From Bugula neritina (taxonomy: Eukaryota > Animalia > Bryozoa), in contig OZ037769.1 in the NCBI GenBank assembly GCA_964035545.1, forward strand, positions 14,662,633-14,726,632: a stretch of 64,000 nt of DNA. Reading direction: 5' to 3'. This document shows, piece by piece, positions 11,873 through 41,009 of this stretch. Every line of letters starts with the position of its first letter. Within the stretch, counting starts at the first letter, position 1. The notes beneath the pieces were generated by a model, which was not told the DNA's origin, did no database searches, and worked only from the letters and a program-made list of their open reading frames with translations. Made by a program: the position numbers and the translations under genes.

Positions 11873-14800
11873 CTTGCATATTTTAGTATTTCTACTTTAA
11901 GTCCTGATAAAATAATAATATATATTCTAAAAGATATTCCATCTAATAAACAGAAGGATTAATATAAAAGTGTTAAAGCTTTAGAAAAACTAGGAAATCT
12001 TTAAACAGAGAACTATAGCTTGGAAAGCTATATATATATGTAGAGTTGATACTATATAGCAAATTTAAAACTTTAAACACAAAAAGCAAGGTGAGCTATT
12101 TGGTTGCTGAAAGCTTTGAAGATGATAATGTGTGTTGGGAAGCAGCAATTGATAGACATATATTTTAATATCTTGCTTGAATTAGTCAGTTGGATGTCAT
12201 CTCGTTTTGCAACTGATTTATATACGTAATGTACATCGTATGCCTAGCTTAAACTAGCACCGGAAATCTATTTTAAATCTTTTTGTTTTTCACAGTAACA
12301 ATAGAGGAACTTTGGCAAAATGGTTTAAAATTGAGCTAAAATATAAATGGCAAACTTTTTTTTTTAATTTTTCAACCTTGAGTTTTAACTCTATACTAAA
12401 CGGTAATCTTTAATAGAACTTGACATAAAAGATTATGCATGGCTTATTAGCAAATGTTTATAAACCTTTCCCAGCTGTGATTTTACCTCAAATATTATTT
12501 AAATTTGGTAAATAAATAATGTTTGGTGCCAATTTTAACTATTTTATAAATTCTTATAACATATTGGCAGATTGTCTTCAGAAATGAAAGTTTATATCAG
12601 TTAATTTGTGGATGGATTCAGAGCTACGAGCTATAACTAACAAACAAACGTTAGGTGACAACTAAAAATAGACTTACAGCAATTATACTTGCTACCTATA
12701 AACAAGTATCGAGTTAGTGCTGTGTATACTGTGTATACTGTGTCTCATAATTGTCTAAAAATGAAAAGGCAGTACTACTATAAATGTTCCCTAAGTTTGA
12801 ACATTGATTTGCATGTTTAGACACAAATTAATTGCTCTTCTATATAATATATAGCTTTCAAAGCACTTCTTTTTTTACACTCATATATTCAGTATGCTTG
12901 AACTTATAGGTAACAAAAGAAATAATTATAAGAAATAATTATTATTCAATTAAAACTTCCACCACCACAGTTTCTAAATCTTCTTAATTCGTCATGCAGT
13001 AAATTTGTACAATTCACTTCATTTTTCTAATATATTATAAAGTTGGCTCTGGACATATTGAAATAGCAATATATATGATGTTGCTAATGGTTTTTCAGGG
13101 ACAGTTTTTACTTTGATTTTAAATATTATTATATGAAATAAAATCTAGAATATATTATACTCATCTACTTTCAGCAGATAATTTTCTTATTCAAGAGAAT
13201 GAGATGTTGAACTTCAAACTCTGTAGCCTAGTGGATTTCAGCCCAGAGAGACGCTATTTATTTATTCTAGTACAACATATATTATAGTAATATCCGTATA
13301 TATTATATATAACTGTTGTATTGACTGCTAAACATGAAATAATAGTTAATATGGATTAGCTGAAATAAAATTTTGATTTTCACAAATTTGTGTTAGACCA
13401 AAACAGGAATACATTAATAATATACATTGTCTGTAATGAATACTTTTTCTTGCAATATTATTTTTTCAAACAACCAAGAGTATAGAAAATGCAAAATTAG
13501 AAAGCTAGTGCATATTAAAAGAATTTACTTATGTGCTGTACAATTGATCCCAACTTATTCAAACATACATATATTTCAATAATATTCATATAAAGATTCT
13601 TTAAAGTACATATATAGTTACATATATAACTATGTGTATTTTAGGGAATATTTATTGTACTAAAACTAATAATTCGCCTCTAACTGGGAAGCGTCTATCT
13701 AGGATGACCTATAGTGTGACTGATATTTAAAAGAAATTAAATAAATATAAATTAAAAATTACTAACAAACTTCTGCAGATTCTTCAAACAAAACAACTAA
13801 ATTAAAAATTATATTGGTAAGCACTGCAGACCTGTAATACATTGCAATGCATGAGTGACTTGGAAAGCTATACATGTGTTTTTTTCTTATTTTTAGGAAA
13901 TAATGCCGAATGTGCTGGGGAAAATCTATTATAATATAAGCATGCTAAGAAGGGTTTTCATTATATATATAAAAGACAAATGCACCCACACTGTTATGCT
14001 TTAGTGTTACTTAACAACAACAAATTTAAATTGCAATTTATTGATTATTTACTTTAATTATTTCACTATGGAGTTTATATAAATATAAATTATGCAATAT
14101 TTACAAAACATTAATGCCAAACTTTTAACAAAATCCGTATCCTTTTTATTTTTATGCAAATGATAACTATATTTTATAAAATTTGTTTTTAAAAGAACAA
14201 GCTTAATATTATTCTTAAAAACAGGATACAAATATAGGGATAACTAAGATTATAACTAAACCATTCACCAAACGTTTTAAGTCACTTTTTCTAAATAATA
14301 ATAATAACTTGACAACTGAAAACCATATTCGATATAATTATGCTGTGCAGTCATTTTTTAAATACATTTTCGTATTCAATTAGACAATAAAAACACTTGC
14401 AACAATCCGTGTTAAATAAATATTTTTAACTCATCATTATATTAAGTTTTTTACTAAAAAATATAATTACGCATACATAGAGCGATGTAAAGCAGAATTT
14501 ATCAATGCCAAAATTTGTCACAACAAGAATATTATAGAAAAATATTTTAAAAGCATTATTTTTTTCGGAATTGTTTTCTTCCTTGGTTAGGTTTTAATTG
14601 CTGTTCAAAACTCAGTTTTTCATGAGTATTTAGAAAACTATTGAATTAAACAAAAATTTAGTTACTTAAATTTTGGATTGCTAATATTGTTTAGTTTAAT
14701 TGATCAAAATTAAACACCAAATTATGATAGGCTGAAAAATAGTTTTTGATATGTTATTGTAAAACTTGATAATATATTTTGTAAAAGTTGTTTAAGTAAA

Positions 14801-15036
14801 CTCTTTAATGTTGCTATCATGAATATTATAATACTTTCAAAATAATTCAAACAACTATAGCTATATGTTCACAATGTCAGCTATATACTTGAATGTCTAT
14901 ATATTGTATCAATTTCAGAAGGTGAGAAAAAAGCTAAGTTTTGAACACAATAAAAATCATTCTTTTGTATTACCAACCCATGCTGAAACTTTCAAATGTA
15001 TACAATTCTTTGTATAAAACGGTATATTATAATATA

Positions 15037-31795
<16,759 letters not shown>

Positions 31796-32939
31796 CTTTC
31801 CCTTGCCACGAGTGTAATTGTTCTAATATTATTTGTTCACAAGACCAGGGTGTAAAATCACTTTGTATTTGAAAAGAAAACATCTTAAGCAGTAGCTATT
31901 CAGCTCTAACAATAGATACTTATATAGTATTATTATATTGCAATAAGCTAATTATAGCTGTTGAAAAGCTTTTCAGGACTTAAAATAAACTTTAGAAGGA
32001 AGTTAAATATTTAGAGCGTTCTATAATCAATATATAAGCTTTATTCAATTAACTGGTATAGAAAACAGAAATCAAATGTTATTGATGTTGATAATAAAAA
32101 CATCGATATTAATTGGAAGGCTAATAGCCAATAACATTACATATAAAGGTAATAATGTAATTACATAATTAGTTAACGAAGTTGTTGATAAGCTAAAATC
32201 ATTTGTATATAGACAAGTAAGTAACTTCAGTTATGTATCCATGTATGACAAACTTCTGTAAATATTTTTAGCTAAAAAGTTACTACAAGATAGAAATATT
32301 ATAAAAATCAACAAGCAAGTGTTTTATAGCGAGTAGAAGTTTAGCATAATGTGGTAACTTATAAGAAATTATTAGATTTTTTTATTTTCAATGCAAGTAT
32401 ACCAACTTACTATTTTAACTAAAATTATGTGAAAAAATACAGTCTTAGATACTTTTACATTTAGATTTTATTCACTCTAAGCAACAGATAAAATTTGATA
32501 ATTTAATTTTTGTTAATTTTCAAAAGATTGAAGATGTTAGAAAAAAACATCAATTACTGATTTCGTAAAGGCACTACATTTTTAATAACCAAAATATAAT
32601 TTTAAGACAATGATAGGACCTCAATACAATTGTTATTTGACTAAAACTGGTAAATTATGACTACAACATCTCAATAAGAGGCAAAAATATTGAAATATAT
32701 TAGCAGTATATCAAATTGTTTAAACTGGCTTTTTATGTAAAGTATTATATTGCGCAATATATATGCTTGTTACTTGAGAATGTCACAATGATGAAACATA
32801 TAAATTATCATTGCTTGAGTCATGCAGTTGATGTGGCATCAGCCCAGGTAAAGGAGTTATCATATTTTAAGTTTAGGTCTCCTCTGATGGCCGCATGCTG
32901 ATTGGCTGTTTTTAATAAACCAAAATTCCTAAAAAATAT

Positions 32940-33203
<264 letters not shown>

Positions 33204-33204
33204 T

Positions 33205-33390
33205 CTTTGAAAATATGTTATCTTATTGGTGCACTGTAAGTGTCCAATGGCAATCAAGTATATTATGATTCAATCAATCATGTCACTTTATGAAGGATTG
33301 TTTTCTTGATTGGTCAATATTATATACATAGTGAAAATTTTAACTATAATATACTTTTCATTGTATAAAAGCTAGCATATTATATATAGG
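33205..33390 (+). promoter_or_regulatory. Upstream region conserved between the two P2X-like genes (CCAAT/ATTGG-like and TATA-like motifs)
   Basis: tcttattggt, attcaatcaatca, ttttcttgattg and tatata are shared with 36740-36915. Function is inferred. Confidence 0.4.
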
Positions 33391-33414
33391 TGTTGTCCAC
33401 AATAAGAACCACAA

Positions 33415-34734
33415 ATGGGAAACACAATTCCGGTTCTGAAGGCACAAGATTCTGAATGGTTTGGTTTTGGGTTAACCGCTGCAACTTTTGGTTTCTCATT
33501 TATAAAAGAATTGGTTGATATTTATGATAATTTTCAAATTGGAATCAAGAGGGATAAAGAGGAAAAAATAGCAGCTAGAAATGCTGTAAACGCTGAAAAC
33601 GCTGAAAACGCTGAAAACGACGAAAACATCGAAAACACCGGAAACGCCGAAAATCCTGCAAACTCCGAACACCCTGAAGTCAACAGGGACACATATATAG
33701 AAGCCAAGGATGATTTTAAGTATAGTAAAATTGGTTGTTGCTTGCATTTATTATGGTTGATTCTAATAACAACTGCATCAGCTATATATTTCACCAAAAG
33801 CGAGTCATTTCTCTACGAGGAGGCAGTAGGCGTGAGCAGCACAACAATCAACATCTACGGAGCAGCAAAAGCAGTAAATTTAAAAACCGGAAACATAACA
33901 GTTTGGGATGCAGATGACGTTGTTACACCAGCCCATGTTACAGACCAATTTTTTTTAATGACCAAGCTGATTAAAACTGTTTCTCAAAGAAGAACCATAT
34001 GTACAGATGAACCTTCTTCTTTGAGACCAAAATGTAATTCTGATGATGATTGTGAGTTTTTAAAACTGATAGATTATAGTGACGGATATGCTAATGGAAC
34101 TTGTGACATGGCCAGAGGGACTTGCTATGTCCATGCCTGGTGCCCAGTCGATACTGAACCTACCTCGAATGAATTAGCTGAAGAAATATTAGACGGTACT
34201 GGTAATTTTATTGTACATATAAACACTTCTGTGATTTTTCAGTTTGCATATAGTGGCTTAAAAAGTCCGAACTTTAACAAATATAATTTATGCCTAAATA
34301 AAGGTGATGGAGAAAATAAAACTTGCCCCTTTTTAAGAGTAGAAGATATTGTAAGGAGAGCTTTAGAAAACCGAGAAAATAATCAGTATACTTTTCAAGA
34401 CATAGTCAATCATGGTGGAGTTTTTTCAATTGTAATTGATTGGAAGTGTACGTATGAGAAGGATGCAGTTAGTCCTGAGTGTGATCACTCGTACAGCTTT
34501 CGATTTCTTCAAGGTCAGCGTGGCTATAGCTATACTGATGTGGATCATCAAAGCAAAAACAGTCGACATTTTCGAAAAGAAGTGGGAATGCTGTTTTTTA
34601 CAGAAGTACACGCAAAGGGAAAAGCTCGCTCTTATGTAAGATTGGTATTTAAAAGCGTGGTAGCATTTTTAGCCATAAAAAGTATTGGAACAGTGCACAA
34701 TATTATTCTTAGTATAATAGTTGCCAATTCTTAA
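33415..34734 (+). CDS. Divergent P2X purinoceptor-like ion channel 1 (intronless ORF, 439 aa)
   Basis: P2X motifs WDADDVVTP, FFLMT, C-x5-C, GTC..GTCYVHAWCP, NFIVHINTSVIF, CPFLRVEDIV, GGVFSIVIDWKC, C..SYSFRFL, R..RKEVGMLF..V.AKG. Ten ectodomain cysteines; TM1 and TM2 present. Confidence 0.92.
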   Translation: MGNTIPVLKAQDSEWFGFGLTAATFGFSFIKELVDIYDNFQIGIKRDKEEKIAARNAVNAENAENAENDENIENTGNAENPANSEHPEVNRDTYIEAKDDFKYSKIGCCLHLLWLILITTASAIYFTKSESFLYEEAVGVSSTTINIYGAAKAVNLKTGNITVWDADDVVTPAHVTDQFFLMTKLIKTVSQRRTICTDEPSSLRPKCNSDDDCEFLKLIDYSDGYANGTCDMARGTCYVHAWCPVDTEPTSNELAEEILDGTGNFIVHINTSVIFQFAYSGLKSPNFNKYNLCLNKGDGENKTCPFLRVEDIVRRALENRENNQYTFQDIVNHGGVFSIVIDWKCTYEKDAVSPECDHSYSFRFLQGQRGYSYTDVDHQSKNSRHFRKEVGMLFFTEVHAKGKARSYVRLVFKSVVAFLAIKSIGTVHNIILSIIVANS

Positions 34735-35817
34735 CGTTATTAAAAAAATAAATGCAATAAACTTTGAATGATTGCTTCACGATTGAGAACTACTTGCCTT
34801 CTAACAGATTTATAACTTATTTACAGGATGGAATATCGATGCAGCAACGTTTTGTTAGTTCTTTACGCTATAGTATTACACAGAAAAAGTTATAAAAAAA
34901 AACAATAAATACATACTATGTGTAACAATTTTAATGAAGTGTGTATTGTCCACTGCAACTTGCTTAGATGACCTATAGTAGAACTATATTAGATTTATAA
35001 GTTTGTGTTTCCTGATTCTTTGCAGGAAGTTTCAAGATTTTGGTGATTTATTTGCTGCACATTTTCTATGTAGTATTTAGGAAACAAATAGTATTTTGGT
35101 TACATACCAATTTTAGCTAAAATATGCAAACTAATTTATTATTAAATCACCTTTTTAGCATGCTGCAATAGTTTTTTAGTTTAATAAATGAAATAGAGAA
35201 GTTGGAAACTGAATTTCATTTCTTGCATTTGCTGTATGAGGATTTATTTAACTGTTATTCATCAGTTAAACTTTCAAACAACAAATAGCTGCGGTTATAA
35301 AGACTCACTATTTTGAATATTTCTGTAACTGAAGAATAAATGTCTTGTAATTGAAAATTTTTACCCTAACCTTTGCAACCAGTCTATTTTTATATGCATC
35401 ACAGTTAAATGTACTTGAAATAAGAACATACAGAACGCCAATTAGAATAAACTACACAAATACTTATATAATGATGCCTTAAGAATATAACATATGTTAG
35501 CATATCTAGAAGCTAAGACAAGCTAAAAATATCTTTAAACATGTTATGTAGGCAGCGATGCCAATAATTATGCTGAAGACATAAAATCACTTGCCAGAAG
35601 TGATAAATGTTTATAAACACATCCTTATGTTATGGTTGAATGCAAAGAATGGAGTTAAAAATTAAACTGTTTAGATTAACTGTCTCTATAATATTTACAT
35701 GAAACGTTGCAAACTCAAGAGTTAAATACTAATAGTGTGTTTACACAAATAAAACCTCTGTTATCAACAATGTTTATGGAGTGTTAGTAAGAGCATCAAA
35801 AGTAGTTTGTGACATAT

Positions 35818-36374
35818 TGTAGTAGTTTTGTGGGTGATAGAATGAAATCAGGCAGAGAACATAACTCCTTGTTATAGAAAAGACAAGAGAGAGAGGTTGC
35901 CGTGTGCTTGCAGTACTTTATTGTAGCAGTGAGAAGTGTCCAGTATGAGCTCCAGTCCGCAAGTCACTGAAGCTCTAAAATGCCTGTCCTTTTATACTGG
36001 TAGAACAAAGGACCTCTAGAACCTTCCACCGACAGCGGCCCGATGTTCGGCAGGGGATACCGACATTCGTCATGTCGGTAACCGACACTGGAAATATCGG
36101 TAACCGACATTCGGTCTGCCTGCATCCACCTGCCAAAATCGGTCCAACTGTCGGTTGACATGAATCAACAAAAATGAACCCAACCAAGTGTATGCGTATT
36201 GTAACTTGTAATTGGGGGAAAGGGGATTAACTATTTACTATGTTAAAAGCTCAACATTAGCCATAGTGTTTAAGGCATTAGAAAGTTAAGCTACATACTT
36301 AGCTGTGATTACAGTATTTAGACAAATAGCCATAAGTAATGTGTCAAGGGGGATAACTGCTAATATTTACCACA
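35818..36374 (-). mobile_element. Solo LTR (557 bp) with 4-bp TSD, Gypsy-like
   Basis: TGTAGTA...TACCACA termini; TSD atat at 35814-35817 and 36375-36378. Absent from the paralogous site (gacatatgtcaa, about 39270). Minus-strand TATAAAA (about 35990) and AATAAA (about 35918). Confidence 0.85.
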
Positions 36375-36519
36375 ATATGTCAAGTTAAGAATACCAATGC
36401 AGTAACTTGATACTAATTACATTCCAGTAAACCTTATGGGATGTGAACTATAATATATACCTTCATTATGTATATGTATAATATGGTAACTAAATAGCAC
36501 TGATATGTAACTATATATA

Positions 36520-36720
<201 letters not shown>

Positions 36721-36949
36721 GAGAAGGATGTGAAGTGTCCTTGGAAATATGTCATCTTATTGGTTCACTAGCCTCCAATGATAATTAAGTATGATTCAAT
36801 CAATCAAGTCCTTTCATGAAAGAATGTTTTCTTGATTGATCAATCGAGATGCCATATATAAAATAGATTGAAAATTTCAACTACATACTTTTTATTGTAT
36901 AAAAACTGGCATACTATATTATAGGTATTGTTGAAGAACAGCAGCTGGA

Positions 36950-38239
36950 ATGGGAAACAATATGACCTTTTTGAGCGCAGAAGAGTCTGAATGGTTTGGT
37001 TTTGGATTAACCGCTTTACCTTTTGTTTTATCGTTTCTGAAAGAAATTTTTGACATTAGTGAAAATCTTTGTATTGGAAAGAAGAACAAAGAAAAGGAAA
37101 CGGCAGCTCGTAATGGTGCAACAACCAAAAATACTGAACACTTTGAAGACAAAAAAGAGAACACATATTTGGAGGTTAAGAATAATTTTAAGCACAGTAG
37201 GATTGCTTGTTGCATGCACATTTTGTTGTTTATTATATTATTCGGTGTGTCATTGGTCTATTTTTTCGGAAGTGAGTTGTTTTTCTATGAGGAGGCAGTT
37301 GGCGTGGGCAGTACAACCATCAACATTCATGGAGCAGCCAAAGCAGTTAATCCACACAATGGAAAGCGTACAGTTTGGGATGCAGATGACGTTGTTACAC
37401 CAGCACACGCTACAGACCAGTTCTTTGTAATGACCAAACTGATTAAAACTGTTTCTCAATACAAAACCGTATGTTCAGATGAACCTTCTTCTTTGAAACC
37501 AAAATGTACTTCTGATGATGATTGTGAGTTTTTAAAACTGATAGATTATAGTGACGGATATGCTGATGGAACTTGTGATGTGGCCAGAGGAACTTGTTAC
37601 GTGAATGCATGGTGCCCAGTTGATACAGAGCCTACCCCAGATGAAGAAGTTGAGGAAGTATTAGATGGGACTGGTAACTTTATTGTACATATCAACACCT
37701 CTGTAATTTTTCAGTTTAAGGAAATTGGACTACAAAGTCCGAACTTCAACAAATATAATGTATGCCTAAACAAAAATGATAGAGAATATGGAACTTGCCC
37801 TTTTTTAAGAGTGGAAGATATTGTAAGGAGAGCTTTAGAAAACCGAAAAGGCAATCAGCTTACTTTTCAAGATATAGTTAATCATGGTGGAGTTTTTTCA
37901 ATTGTAATCGATTGGAGCTGCAAGTATGAGAGTAGTGCAGTTAGTCCTAAGTGTAAGCACTCTTACAGCTTTAGATTTCTTCAAGCTCAACGTGTCTATA
38001 GCTATATTGATATTAATCATCAAAACAAAAACAGCCGAATTTTTAGAAAAGAGGTAGGAATGCTGTTCTTTATTGAAGTGCATGCTAAAGGGAAAGCTCG
38101 CTCTTACCAAAAACTGCTGTTGAAAAGTGTAGTAGCATTCCTAGCTTTGAAAAGTGTTGGAACAGTTCAAAATTTTTTGGTTAGCTTGATATCACTTTGT
38201 AAAAATTTTTCAAAGTGTAGTAGAAATGTTGAAAACTGA
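36950..38239 (+). CDS. Divergent P2X purinoceptor-like ion channel 2 (intronless ORF, 429 aa), tandem paralogue
   Basis: Same motifs and 10 cysteines as gene 1; flanks are also duplicated. Confidence 0.92.
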   Translation: MGNNMTFLSAEESEWFGFGLTALPFVLSFLKEIFDISENLCIGKKNKEKETAARNGATTKNTEHFEDKKENTYLEVKNNFKHSRIACCMHILLFIILFGVSLVYFFGSELFFYEEAVGVGSTTINIHGAAKAVNPHNGKRTVWDADDVVTPAHATDQFFVMTKLIKTVSQYKTVCSDEPSSLKPKCTSDDDCEFLKLIDYSDGYADGTCDVARGTCYVNAWCPVDTEPTPDEEVEEVLDGTGNFIVHINTSVIFQFKEIGLQSPNFNKYNVCLNKNDREYGTCPFLRVEDIVRRALENRKGNQLTFQDIVNHGGVFSIVIDWSCKYESSAVSPKCKHSYSFRFLQAQRVYSYIDINHQNKNSRIFRKEVGMLFFIEVHAKGKARSYQKLLLKSVVAFLALKSVGTVQNFLVSLISLCKNFSKCSRNVEN

Positions 38240-39416
38240 TTGCTGAATGTTAAACGTGAAATGAGTTACAGGTTATAAAGTTAGCTTATCTGCAGCAAAT
38301 TTTTGTCTTGTATACTGAAAAATTTATAAAAACTGAATAATGTATAACTAAGAACAAAAAGTGCTTTGCTAATTGGCAATTTTTCTAGAAATTTAAACTG
38401 CCGTTTGCTTATTGACCTATATTAGCAGAGGTTTGTGACAATAGCTAAATGCTTGTAGATCTTCAATTGCTTATGCAGCAAGTTTTCTGTTTTTGGCAAC
38501 AATTAATGCTATATATCTATATATATGCTTTTTTAGAGATTTAATGAAACAAAATACGTATTCACACTGATTTCTGTTTTAAATAAGAGTAGATATCATT
38601 TAGTCACCTTTTTTAACTTGCTGCAAGAGTCTTTTAACTTCGTAAATAAAATCCAGACAAAAAAAATCGAAGCTTCATTTATTGCATTTCTGGTCTGAGA
38701 ATTGTATTCATTTATCAATCAAACTTTCTAAACACTTCTAATGCACTCATTATTCTGAATATTTCTGCAATTAAGAATCAAAGCTTTGTTAAGCATTTGT
38801 GCCCTATAGTTTGCACCATCGTCTCTTCCCATATGCATCACACATGAATGTACTTGAAATAAGAACATGCAGAACACCAATTAGAATAAACTACACCGTA
38901 TAATAATATTGTCTGTGCAGTGTCTAAAATACTTATATAATTATGCTAGAATATAACATATGTTAGCATATCTAGAAGCTAAGACAAGCTAAAATATACT
39001 TAAATATGTCAAGTAGGCAGCGATGCCTCAATAATTATGCTGAAGACATAAAATCACTTGCCAGAAGTGATAAATGTTTATAAACACATCCTTATGTTAC
39101 GGTTGCATGCAGATACTTGAAGATACTTTTTAAATCAACTGTCTCTATAATGTTTACATGAAACATTGTAAATTCAGAGTTAAATACTAATAGTGTGTTT
39201 ACACAAATGAAGCCTCTGTTATCAACAATGTTTAAGGAGTGTTAGTAAAAGCATCAAAAGTAGTTTGTGACATATGTCAAATTAAAATTACCAATGCAGT
39301 AACTTGATATTTATTACATTCCAGTAAACCTTTATGTGCGTCCATGTATTTATAATATGGTAACTAAATAGCGCTTATATGTAACTATGTACATATATAT
39401 ATACACAAATATACAC

Positions 39417-39549
<133 letters not shown>

Positions 39550-39551
39550 AA

Positions 39552-39598
39552 TCTGTGGACAGCAGCTGTTTCGGGATTTGTCCCCTCATCAGCACAGA
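39552..39598 (-). ncRNA. Type I hammerhead ribozyme, copy 1
   Basis: Minus strand reads UCUGUG-CUGAUGA-GGGG ACAAA UCCC-GAAA-CAG CUG CUG-UC^-CACAGA: full catalytic core, stems I-III and a GUC triplet. Predicted cut between 39558 and 39557. Confidence 0.9.
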
Positions 39599-39811
39599 AC
39601 AGAGTACCATGGCCCACACCTTCGCAATAGTAGAACTTATAGTTTTACTAAAGCATATTTCAAAGGTGTGTAAACTCAAGCCAGAGTGCTCAAGTGACTC
39701 TAGGGGTCACCTAGAAGTCACGAGCATTGCAAAATGCTAGCAGCTTGAGTTTGTGACCATGGTGAGAGTGCTCAATCATTTAATGTCATTGCTGAGCATT
39801 AAATGAGAGCG

Positions 39812-39939
<128 letters not shown>

Positions 39940-39962
39940 ATATATATATATATATATCTCAA

Positions 39963-40009
39963 TCTGTGGACAGCAGCTGTTTCGGGATTTGTCCCCTCAT
40001 CAGCACAGA
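39963..40009 (-). ncRNA. Type I hammerhead ribozyme, copy 2
   Basis: Identical to copy 1. Confidence 0.9.
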
Positions 40010-40222
40010 ACAGAGTACCATGGCCCACACCTTCGCAATAGTAGAACTTATAGTTTTACTAAAGCATATTTCAAAGGTGTGTAAACTCAAGCCAGAGTGC
40101 TCAAGTGACTCTAGGGGTCACCTAGAAGTCACGAGCATTGCAAAATGCTAGCAGCTTGAGTTTGTGACCATGGTGAGAGTGCTCAATCATTTAATGTCAT
40201 TGCTGAGCATTAAATGAGAGCG

Positions 40223-40291
<69 letters not shown>

Positions 40292-40293
40292 AA

Positions 40294-40340
40294 TCTGTGG
40301 ACAGCAGCTGTTTCGGGATTTGTCCCCTCATCAGCACAGA
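40294..40340 (-). ncRNA. Type I hammerhead ribozyme, copy 3
   Basis: Identical to copy 1. Confidence 0.9.
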
Positions 40341-40553
40341 ACAGAGTACCATGGCCCACACCTTCGCAATAGTAGAACTTATAGTTTTACTAAAGCATAT
40401 TTCAAAGGTGTGTAAACTCAAGCCAGAGTGCTCAAGTGACTCTAGGGGTCACCTAGAAGTCACGAGCATTGCAAAATGCTAGCAGCTTGAGTTTGTGACC
40501 ATGGTGAGAGTGCTCAATCATTTAATGTCATTGCTGAGCATTAAATGAGAGTG

Positions 40554-40653
<100 letters not shown>

Positions 40654-41009
40654 TGTATAAAGCTTTCACTCTCTTAAAATATATGATACAGTATATAATA
40701 TATATATTATATACTGTATCATATATTCTGTAAGGTGTGCAGGGATAAATTATTTTCCATGAGCACACAACTACTAGGTTCTGTGCTAAGGAAAGTATGA
40801 GAAATAAATTATCTACATATCTGCCATAAAATATGTAACAGTGCTTGAGTTTATTTGTTATAGGCAATGGTAATTTCACCATGCACAGCTTGATAATTTT
40901 ATTTGGAATTTTTGCAGCAGCTTAATTGGCAGCTTTCTTTTTTTTGTAGTGCTCTGTTTTAAAAAATTGGCCAATAAAATATTATATTTATAGATATTTT
41001 ATTTACAGA

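Noticed and set aside
39966-40482. Identical 61-aa ORFs ([11 protein letters not shown]...) in the tandem units
   Set aside because: GTG start, no recognisable domain, and identity explained by the repeat. The sequence is better explained by the ribozyme and RNA structure.
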